DNA of 32,000 nucleotides, taken from Microcystis aeruginosa NIES-843. GTDB taxonomy: Bacteria; Cyanobacteriota; Cyanobacteriia; Cyanobacteriales; Microcystaceae. The notes beneath the pieces were generated by a model that was given only the letters and a program-made list of their open reading frames with translations, was not told the origin of the DNA and searched no databases. Location: NCBI RefSeq assembly GCF_000010625.1, contig NC_010296.1, forward strand, positions 4,740,001 to 4,772,000. Direction: 5' to 3'. Positions 1 to 7,064 of this stretch are shown piece by piece. How positions within the stretch are numbered: the stretch's first letter is position 1; the number at the start of each line of letters is the position of its first letter. A program made the translations under genes and the position numbers.

Positions 1-451
1 CTTCTACAGCAGCATCCCCACTTAATCCGTGATTGGTTTTGATGTATTTTAAGGCTTCGATATACCAACTAGGAGATAGTTCAAAGGCACTATTAATTTC
101 ACTCAAACCAGCGACTAGATATTCATCGATCGGGCCCGTACCGCCCACCACGAGGGCATAGGTGATAATTCGGATATAGTAGCCGATATCGCGAACGCAC
201 TTGGATTTCCCCCGCTCATCGTAGGCATAGTTCGGCCCCTGGAGTTGGGTGGTGTAGGGAAATTTTTGATAGACAGCGTTGGCTGCTTCTTGGGCTAAAC
301 TGGGGGCTTTTTGGGCGAGGATTTTTACCGCTTCTAGGGTGATGGCGGCCTGACGGAAACGACCGAACGCTACTTGTAATTCAGCACTGCTGAGAAAACG
401 GCCTTGGGAATCGGCAGTAGCTACCGCTTCGGTTAAAGGTGTTTTGGTCAT
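1..451 (-). CDS. cpcA: C-phycocyanin alpha subunit (3' end cut by window edge)
   Basis: My own translation from the ATG at 451-449 gives [35 protein letters not shown]...[11 protein letters not shown]...[25 protein letters not shown]. This matches the canonical CpcA pattern, including the Cys-84 bilin site. It is absent from the ORF track because it runs off the window. It lies 55 bp downstream of cpcB. Confidence 0.9.
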   Translation of the reverse strand, partial: MTKTPLTEAVATADSQGRFLSSAELQVAFGRFRQAAITLEAVKILAQKAPSLAQEAANAVYQKFPYTTQLQGPNYAYDERGKSKCVRDIGYYIRIITYALVVGGTGPIDEYLVAGLSEINSAFELSPSWYIEALKYIKTNHGLSGDAAVE

Positions 452-506
452 GGATGGAATTGCTCCTACAAAAGTTTAATCGGATTGAGATAAGAAAGTC
501 ACAGCA

Positions 507-1028
507 TCAGGAAACTGCCGCCGCCGCTCGATCGAAGTAAGAAGCGACTTCTGCTAGTAAAGAACTGCAATCCCCGCGAGTGATCCCGTTGGGATCGGCC
601 GCTAGGGCAAGGGAAGCGTCTTTGAGCTTGAGAATTCCGGCCGCAACAGAAGCTCCCGGAACTCCCAGGGCGACGTAGGTTTCCCGGAGACCGTTCAAGG
701 CGCGATCATCGAGGATGCTGGCATCGCCGGTGAAGGTGGCATAGGTAACGTAGCGCAGGATAATTTCCAAATCCCGCAAGCAGGCGGCCGCACGACGGTT
801 TGTATAGGCGTTGCCACCGGGGGCAACTAAAACGGGCTGTTCTGAAAACAAACTACGCGCGGCATCGGTAACGATCGCAGAAGAATTACTGGAAAGACGA
901 TTGACCACATCCACGCGTTTATTACCATCTTTGACGAAGGCAATTAGGGCATTGACTTGATTCTCGCTCAGGTATTCCCCCCGGGTATCGGCCTGAGAAA
1001 CGACTTTGGCAAAGGCATCTAACACCAT
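507..1028 (-). CDS. cpcB: Phycocyanin beta subunit
   Basis: The product reads ...[18 protein letters not shown]...[17 protein letters not shown]...[10 protein letters not shown]...[10 protein letters not shown], with the Cys-82 and Cys-153 bilin sites present. The track start at 1037 touches the AGGAG at 1042-1038 with no spacer. The ATG at 1028 sits 9 nt from that SD and gives the canonical ~172-173 aa length. Confidence 0.9.
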   Translation of the reverse strand: MVLDAFAKVVSQADTRGEYLSENQVNALIAFVKDGNKRVDVVNRLSSNSSAIVTDAARSLFSEQPVLVAPGGNAYTNRRAAACLRDLEIILRYVTYATFTGDASILDDRALNGLRETYVALGVPGASVAAGILKLKDASLALAADPNGITRGDCSSLLAEVASYFDRAAAAVS

Positions 1029-1695
1029 AGTTTTCATCTCCTATAATGATGATTGGTTTCGGCAAAATATCGAGGTTGATTGCTCTGGCTTTTCTTTATT
1101 TTTTCCGATAAAGTATCTAGGAGTTTTTTTCTTGGGACTATACTATCGTCCTTGAAAAAAATTTACTCTCCCTTGGCCAGATTTTTTTGTATATCGAGGA
1201 ACAATTCTTGTTAATTGAATTTAGCGTTTATTGACGCTCCTAGACACACTTCGTTTTTGCCATGAATTATTTTATAAACCATTTTCCTACTTTTATTTAT
1301 TAAAAATTGTTTCCTAAAAAACCAGCAAAAAAATAATTTTTTAGGATAAATCTCAGAAAACTTTTTTAAATGTGTAACCCTATACCAAGAAAAAGTATCG
1401 CTCTTTTCATCTCTCTAATAATTCCTTTAAGTTGTTTAAACAAATGTGCTTTTATATACTAATAATAATTAACTAAATTAAGAGAAATTTCCCAAGACAA
1501 CTTTGCCGATTGTGCTTCGATATACAAAAAAAGTGGCAAGGTAATAAAAATCGACAGGGATTATCCCCGCCGACGTTGTGATCAGAGGTGCCAACACCAG
1601 CATTTTGCAGTGTACTCCGACTTAAAAAGTATTGTAAAACATCTTAAATACATATATAATCAAAAATAGTCAACAAGTATAAAGCAAGTGGGATT

Positions 1696-2643
1696 ATGCC
1701 GATCGCAAGAGACATCACCCAATTGGTAGGAAGGACTCCCCTAGTCCAACTGAATCGAATCCCAGTGGCAGAGGGAGTAAAAGCCCGCATCGTCGTCAAA
1801 CTGGAAAGTATGAACCCCGCCGCCTCGGTTAAAGATCGCATCGGGGTCAGTATGGTGGAGGACGCGGAAGCTGCCGGACTAATTCACCCCGATAAAACAA
1901 TTCTGGTGGAACCAACTTCCGGTAATACCGGCATCGCCCTGGCCATGGTAGCGGCGGCCAAAGGCTATCGCTTAATCCTGACTATGCCCGAAACCATGAG
2001 TTTAGAACGACGGGCGATGTTAAAAGCTTACGGAGCGCAATTAGAATTAACCCCGGGTAGCCAAGGCATGAAAGGAGCGATCGCCCGGGCCGAGGAAATA
2101 GTCGAAAACATCCCCAACGCCTATAGTTTGCAACAGTTCCGCAACCCGGCTAACCCGAAAATTCACCGGGAAACCACCGCCGAGGAAATCTGGGCCGATA
2201 CCGATGGTCTGGTAGATATCGTTATCGGTGGCGTGGGAACCGGGGGAACCATTACCGGTATTGCCGAAACCATTAAACCCCGTCGTCCCCAATTTCAAGC
2301 GATCGCAGTTGAACCCTCTAATAGTCCCGTCTTATCGGGAGGACCACCGGGGCCGCACAAAATCCAAGGCATCGGCGCCGGTTTTATCCCGGCAATTTTC
2401 CGACCGGAATTAATCGATGAGGTGATTATCGTCGATGATACAGAGGCTTTCGCCTACGCGCGACGGTTAGCTCGTCAGGAGGGACTACTATCGGGCATCT
2501 CGGCCGGAGCGGCTTTATGGGCGGCGATTCAGGTGGGCAAAAGACCCGAAAACGAAGATAAATTAATCGTCATGATTCAGCCTAGTTTCGGGGAACGTTA
2601 CCTCAGCACGGCCCTGTTTAAAGACCTCGAAGATATCGACTAA
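1696..2643 (+). CDS. cysK: Cysteine synthase A / O-acetylserine sulfhydrylase (PLP-dependent)
   Basis: 315 aa. It has the N-terminal TPLVQLNR motif, the PLP-lysine motif SVKDRIG, the GNTGIALA motif and the GTGGTITG loop typical of CysK/CysM. Confidence 0.92.
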   Translation: MPIARDITQLVGRTPLVQLNRIPVAEGVKARIVVKLESMNPAASVKDRIGVSMVEDAEAAGLIHPDKTILVEPTSGNTGIALAMVAAAKGYRLILTMPETMSLERRAMLKAYGAQLELTPGSQGMKGAIARAEEIVENIPNAYSLQQFRNPANPKIHRETTAEEIWADTDGLVDIVIGGVGTGGTITGIAETIKPRRPQFQAIAVEPSNSPVLSGGPPGPHKIQGIGAGFIPAIFRPELIDEVIIVDDTEAFAYARRLARQEGLLSGISAGAALWAAIQVGKRPENEDKLIVMIQPSFGERYLSTALFKDLEDID

Positions 2644-2658
2644 TAGGAAAATAAATTG

Positions 2659-2836
2659 ATGGAATTTGCAACGAGGGCGATTCATGGGGGGCAAGAACCA
2701 GACTCTAGCCATGGTGCGGTAACGATTCCCATTTATCTCACTTCCACCTATAACACCGGCTTTACTACGATTATCGATCGGGATCGAGAATAGAAACGAT
2801 TTAAAGCGGGATCTGGAAAGGGCTTTGATTGGTTAG
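2659..2836 (+). pseudogene. Remnant of a Cys/Met-metabolism PLP enzyme (cystathionine gamma-synthase/beta-lyase-like) with an internal deletion
   Basis: 2659-2793 translates to MEFATRAIHGGQEPDSSHGAVTIPIYLTSTYNTGF..., a typical MetB/MetC/MetY N-terminus, then stops. The +1 frame at 2795-2836 reads NDLKRDLERALIG*, which looks like the family C-terminus. The roughly 350 codons in between are missing. Confidence 0.6.
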
Positions 2837-2869
2837 GCGAAGTTTTTATCTCATTTGATGGGTTAAACA

Positions 2870-3406
2870 ATGTTTTTTGACTCGGAAGATTGGCAAACGA
2901 TTATTTTTCGGCTCAGTATGGCTATGGCCGTCGGCTGTCTGATTGGTTATAACCGACAGCGAGGCGGTCGTCCGGCTGGATTGAGAACTTTTATCATCGT
3001 TAGTCTCGGGGCTGCCATGTTTGTCATGATTCCCCTACAAGCGGAAGGAGATGTGGGTTATGCGTCTTCTAATGCCCTCAGTCGCACTATTCAAGGGGTC
3101 GCTTCTGGTGTCGGTTTTTTAGGGGCGGGAATCATCCTACAACAATCCCATCGGGAACTAAATAAGGTACAAGTAAAAGGTTTGACTTCGGCGGCGACTA
3201 TCTGGTTAGCGGCAGGATTAGGCGCCGCTTCTGGTTGCGGTTTATGGCAGATGGTTCTGGTGGGAACTCTATTCTCTCTGTGCACTTTAAGTGGCATTAA
3301 ACGACTTAAGAAAAATAAATCTTTAGGCAAATATATTAAAGGTCGTAAGAAAATATCTACGATTAATCAAGAAATAAATCCATCGGATAATTCAGCATCT
3401 CATTAA
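2870..3406 (+). CDS. MgtC/SapB family membrane protein
   Basis: 178 aa with four or five hydrophobic helices. The GLRTFIIVSLGAAMF and GVGFLGAGIIL motifs are characteristic of MgtC-family proteins. Confidence 0.7.
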   Translation: MFFDSEDWQTIIFRLSMAMAVGCLIGYNRQRGGRPAGLRTFIIVSLGAAMFVMIPLQAEGDVGYASSNALSRTIQGVASGVGFLGAGIILQQSHRELNKVQVKGLTSAATIWLAAGLGAASGCGLWQMVLVGTLFSLCTLSGIKRLKKNKSLGKYIKGRKKISTINQEINPSDNSASH

Positions 3407-3441
3407 TAAAAAAAGTGATAAAAATTAATTTTTTATTAAAA

Positions 3442-3473
3442 GAGCAAAAGCTTTTCTATAATGGCTTTTGGCT
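3442..3473 (+). terminator. Weak hairpin downstream of the MgtC-like gene
   Basis: GAGCAAAAGC (3442-3451) pairs with GCTTTTGGCTC (3463-3473), with one bulge. The context is AT-rich. Confidence 0.3.
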
Positions 3474-3623
3474 CAAAAAGTTTATATTTTGTCTAAAATT
3501 TATCGTTTAAAAAATATAATAAATTTTTTATAAAATTTTCTGTATATAAATAACATACAAGTATTTTGTATGATAACATTTAGATAGAGTAACTAATTTT
3601 TCTAAACAGGAGAAAATTAAATC

Positions 3624-4298
3624 ATGATCAACCGAAATAAGAGCTTTAAAAGCCTCAAAAATCAAGTTTTCCAGCTGCTGATTTTCCTCTTAACTGTCAC
3701 TTTGCTCCTAGGGGGAAGAGGAAATGCGATCGCCTTGCCCCTACTCCCCGAACAGTTGGCCGTCATCGACCGTGCAACGGCAACGGGTGGCACCGTGGTG
3801 GAACCAGTTAAGAAAAAAAATGAGGTTTCTAGCCCAAAAATTCTGGAAGATGCCCAAATTGCCTATGAAAAAGCCATCCAAGCGACAAAATCGGCTATCG
3901 ATGACCTAAAGGCTCAACTAGCCGCTCCTTCTCTCGACAAGAAGATTATCGAAGCTCAACAGGACAACCTAGAGGACTTAGCGGATAATATTGACGATCT
4001 AGGGGAAAAAGTGAGTAAATTTACGAAAAAATTGACCAAATCTGGGGCTAAACTCAGTGAAACCCTGCAAAACAACCTTATTACCCTAGAAAATAGCCTT
4101 GTTAATACCTCCGAGACGATCGATATCTTAGCCGACGACACCGAACGACTCAAAGACAATGCTTCCCCTTTCCTGAAAACTCGCGTGGAAAAGACCATCG
4201 ACGCGGTTAAACAGACTCTACAGGAAAGCGATCGAGCTTGGCAAGAACTGATCTCCTCGGCCACAACGGAACTGGAGAAGACTAGCACCCCGAAATAA
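3624..4298 (+). CDS. Secreted coiled-coil protein, function unknown
   Basis: AGGAG lies 10 nt upstream of the ATG. The N-terminus has a basic region plus hydrophobic signal peptide (LLIFLLTVTLLLGG..NAIA). The rest is heptad-like and rich in E, K, L and D. Confidence 0.6.
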   Translation: MINRNKSFKSLKNQVFQLLIFLLTVTLLLGGRGNAIALPLLPEQLAVIDRATATGGTVVEPVKKKNEVSSPKILEDAQIAYEKAIQATKSAIDDLKAQLAAPSLDKKIIEAQQDNLEDLADNIDDLGEKVSKFTKKLTKSGAKLSETLQNNLITLENSLVNTSETIDILADDTERLKDNASPFLKTRVEKTIDAVKQTLQESDRAWQELISSATTELEKTSTPK

Positions 4299-4329
4299 AT
4301 AGGGCTTACAAGGGCATAAAATCGGTCTT

Positions 4330-4360
4330 TTTTGGGGTAATTATCGTTTTTACCCCAAAA
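4330..4360 (+). terminator. Stem-loop after the coiled-coil gene
   Basis: A perfect 11-bp stem, TTTTGGGGTAA (4330-4340) with TTACCCCAAAA (4350-4360), closes a 9-nt loop. Confidence 0.45.
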
Positions 4361-4363
4361 TTA

Positions 4364-4459
4364 TCAAATCCGATACCTAATAGCTGTCTCCTGTCTCCTG
4401 TCTCGGAGTCTCGGAGTCTCGGAGTCTCGACTAGGAAATTAATTTTGCACGACTACTTA
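4364..4459 (-). repeat. STRR-like element, copy L: conserved flanks around a 7/8-mer tandem array
   Basis: The reverse complement reads TAAGTAGTCGTGCAAAATTAATTTCCTAGTCGAGAC-(TCCGAGAC)x3-(AGGAGAC)x2-AGCTATTAGGTATCGGATTTGA. The same flanks occur in the opposite orientation at 26786-26907. Confidence 0.85.
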
Positions 4460-4465
4460 CCAATC

Positions 4466-5041
4466 ATGACGCTTACCTATCAACCACCAACCCCCCATCG
4501 CTGGCACTTTGATAATCGGGCGATTTTGCCCCTCAGAAACCCTAATTTCTGGAAAATCGAGAGTGGAGTCGTGAAAACCTCCACCTGGTTAGAAGATGGA
4601 ACCCTGATCGTCTTGGGATTGTGGGGACCTGGCAATTTTGTTGGTAAAACCCTAGAGAGAGTCAATCCCTATCAAGTTGAGTGCATCACTCCTGTACAAG
4701 CAGTTTCCTTTTCCACAGTTGAGAGTTATCAAATGGCAGAAATTCTGCTGTCTCATCTTCAGCAAGCACAAGAACTAAGTATTATTCGTAGCTACAAACG
4801 TACTGATGTTATGGTCTTGAAATTACTGTCATGGTTAGGCAATCAATTTGGTAAACAAACCGGTACCGGACAATTAATTGATGTGCGTCTAACTCATCAG
4901 GATATCGCTGACTTATTAGGAACCACTAGAGTCACAATTACCCGCGCACTTAATCACCTTGAACAACAAGGGGCCGTGGAACGTCTTCCCGTCCATCGTC
5001 TTCTTTTACGAGAGGAGGAAATCTGGCACTACGAGATTTAG
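4466..5041 (+). CDS. Crp/Fnr-family transcriptional regulator
   Basis: The N-terminus is a cNMP-binding-like beta-barrel (GVVKTSTWLEDGTLIVLGLWGPGNFVG). The C-terminus has an HTH (LTHQDIADLLGTTRVTITRALNHLEQQG). I prefer the ATG at 4466 to the track's TTG at 4445. Confidence 0.8.
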   Translation: MTLTYQPPTPHRWHFDNRAILPLRNPNFWKIESGVVKTSTWLEDGTLIVLGLWGPGNFVGKTLERVNPYQVECITPVQAVSFSTVESYQMAEILLSHLQQAQELSIIRSYKRTDVMVLKLLSWLGNQFGKQTGTGQLIDVRLTHQDIADLLGTTRVTITRALNHLEQQGAVERLPVHRLLLREEEIWHYEI

Positions 5042-5071
5042 AATGGGAAGGATTATCCCTTTTTTCAATCT

Positions 5072-5710
5072 ATGAATTGGTTAGTAGCCCTTTTAATTAC
5101 TAGCGTGACGAGTTTTGTAGCCACAAATCTCGATGATCTGATGGTGCTAATGTTGTTTTTCTCGCGACTTAATGCTAATTTTCGACCTCGACACCTGATT
5201 ATTGGTCAATACCTCGGTTTTACCCTCATTCTCCTAGCTAGTTCCCTCGGGTTACTATTTGGGTTACTGGTTTCTAAAGAATGGATTGGTCTATTAGGAT
5301 TTATTCCTTTGATTATCGGCATTAAACAACTTTTGTCAAGGGAAAATGAGGATTATATTCAAGAAGTAAGAGAAGATGTTAATTATTCTAAAAATCGCTC
5401 CTTTTTTCCTCGTTTTCCCTCCCAAACCTATTACGTTGCTGCCGTGACCGTGGCTAATGGCGGTGATAATATTGGTATCTATACCTCTCTTTTTGCCAAT
5501 AATTCCCCGATGCACGTCTTAATTATCATGATAATTTTTTATCTCATGATGGGGATTTGGTGCGCCCTAGCCTATTTTTTGATTACCCATCCCAGGATAG
5601 CTAAAGTGGTTACAAACTACGGACATAAAATTAGTCCTTTTATCTATATTTTTCTAGGGATTTATATATTAGTTGACAGCCGATCCTATCGTTTATTTTT
5701 AATGTCTTAA
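5072..5710 (+). CDS. CadD-family (cadmium-resistance-transporter-like) membrane protein, paralog 1
   Basis: Contains ATNLDDLMVLMLFF, GQYLGF and ANGGDNIGIY motifs and about five TM helices. A paralog lies at 25029-25712. Confidence 0.75.
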   Translation: MNWLVALLITSVTSFVATNLDDLMVLMLFFSRLNANFRPRHLIIGQYLGFTLILLASSLGLLFGLLVSKEWIGLLGFIPLIIGIKQLLSRENEDYIQEVREDVNYSKNRSFFPRFPSQTYYVAAVTVANGGDNIGIYTSLFANNSPMHVLIIMIIFYLMMGIWCALAYFLITHPRIAKVVTNYGHKISPFIYIFLGIYILVDSRSYRLFLMS

Positions 5711-5902
5711 CCAAGAATGCCCAAAAATTATCTTTTAAGTAGGGAGGCAAAATTATTTGTAGGATGGGTTAGCGGTAGCGTAACGTAATCAGGCGTTGGG
5801 TTTCATGCTTCAACCCAACCTACGTTCTCTTGAAAAGTTATATAGCGTTTCCTGTTCGCACTAGGTACATTATCGATGTTGAAAAGCTTAATTAGCAAAG
5901 GT

Positions 5903-6018
5903 TTAAGTGTGCCACACAGGTGTGAGAACCGCTATAAAAGGATTTGTTATGAGAATTAAAAAACAACAGATAGCGGCCGAAGCTTCCTGCAAAAACCGAC
6001 ATCGGCGAATTAATACTA
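5903..6018 (+). pseudogene. Degenerate fragment of an SPFH/band-7 paralog, interrupted by IS630 and continuing at 6969-6990
   Basis: 5951-5993 (gagaattaaaaaacaacagatagcggccgaagcttcctgcaaa) is near-identical to 17808-17850 of the intact SPFH gene. The sequences flanking the IS rejoin as aattaatacTAtttttcaacaaatgg, matching agttaatacTAtttttcaacaaattgg in the intact gene. Confidence 0.75.
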
Positions 6019-6968
6019 TAGTTATTTCAAATAAGAACGAGACACTAGGCGACACAATAAGTACGAATAATTTCATCAAGGGGTGTCCCCACAGGAGCAT
6101 ACATTCTTGCCCTCTTTAATGCACTAAAATCATGTTCGATATCATTTAAATCAGGAGAGTATTTTGGCAAAAACACGACCTGATGACCTGCTTCCTCTAC
6201 CAGTTGTTTAATGACTGTCTTCCGATGAATTGGTGCATTATCCATAATTAATACTGATGTTATGGTTAGAGAGGGCAACAAATATAAAGATAACCACCCT
6301 TCAAAACCTTCGGCATTCAGGCTTCTCGTAAATACCATCGGTGCAATAAAGTCTTTTTTTCCCTTTCTTCTACCAGCGACAAGGTTCTCTCTTTTTCCTC
6401 GTTTTCCTTGTCTATCTCCAAAGACTTTCTTCCCTTTTTTTGACCAAGCATAAAAACAGGCTTGAAATTCTTCAAACCCTGACTCATCAATAAATACAAG
6501 GCTTTCACTTCCATATATTTTAATCAATTCTCTCAGCACTCTGTAGTATTTCATTCTTTCTTCTCGGTTTCTTTCTCTATAACGAAGTTCCTTCTTTTTT
6601 CTGGTAACTTTCATGTTTTTTAAGGCATAGCAAATGGCACTTGGTCTCACTCCAAATTTCTCGGCTCTGTCTCTTAATCTTGCCTCGGGATTTTCTTGGA
6701 CATCTTTTGACAGTGCTTTCCAGTCCAGCTTTCTCTGACGGTGTTTTACCTTTGTTGCTTCCAGTTTTTCCCTACCTAGCCATCTATATATCGTCGCTCT
6801 TCCTATATTAAATAGAGCGGCGGCTTTGGTTATGCTTCCCCCATTCTCTACATAATCGATTACTTTTTTTCTCAAGTCTAGGCTATAAGACATTTTTCTG
6901 TATGGGTTGCTCGTTTCTCTTGATTTTACCTTATTTTTCCCTCGTCTCACACTTATTTGAAATGACTA
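6019..6968 (-). mobile_element. IS630-family insertion sequence (950 bp) with TA target-site duplication
   Basis: The terminal inverted repeats are TAGTTATTTCAAATAAGAACGAGAC (6019-) and the reverse complement of 6944-6968, TAGTCATTTCAAATAAGTGTGAGAC (21/25 identical). TA is present at 6017-6018 and 6969-6970. The empty site can be reconstructed from the paralog at about 17910. Confidence 0.9.
6045..6893 (-). CDS. IS630-family DDE transposase
   Basis: The product begins MSYSLDLRKKVIDYVENGGSITKAAALFNIGRATIYRWL (HTH). It has a DDE-type core (FIDESGF, IMDNAPIHRK, SPDLNDIEHDFSALK). I prefer the start at M20 of the track ORF. Confidence 0.9.
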   Translation of the reverse strand: MSYSLDLRKKVIDYVENGGSITKAAALFNIGRATIYRWLGREKLEATKVKHRQRKLDWKALSKDVQENPEARLRDRAEKFGVRPSAICYALKNMKVTRKKKELRYRERNREERMKYYRVLRELIKIYGSESLVFIDESGFEEFQACFYAWSKKGKKVFGDRQGKRGKRENLVAGRRKGKKDFIAPMVFTRSLNAEGFEGWLSLYLLPSLTITSVLIMDNAPIHRKTVIKQLVEEAGHQVVFLPKYSPDLNDIEHDFSALKRARMYAPVGTPLDEIIRTYCVA

Positions 6969-7064
6969 TATTTTTCAACAAATGGGCATCGCCTATCGAT
7001 GACCGAAATGCTCAACTAAACGCTTCTTTTCTCCCCAAGGACACCCTTACCATACCCCTTATCT

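Noticed and set aside
1644-1841. 65-aa minus-strand ORF overlapping the cysK start.
   Set aside because: It is antisense to the conserved cysK N-terminus. It has no RBS or recognisable features.
4385-4430. Tandem 7/8-mers (also at 26818-26886) considered as a possible CRISPR array.
   Set aside because: The units are 7-8 bp and directly abutting. There are no spacers and no 24-40 bp repeats, and no cas genes lie nearby. These are simple tandem (STRR-like) repeats.
5903-6119. Track ORFs 5903-6100 (-) and 5907-6119 (+).
   Set aside because: They span the SPFH pseudogene fragment, the IS630 inverted repeat and the transposase 3' end. They are chimeric read-throughs, not genes.
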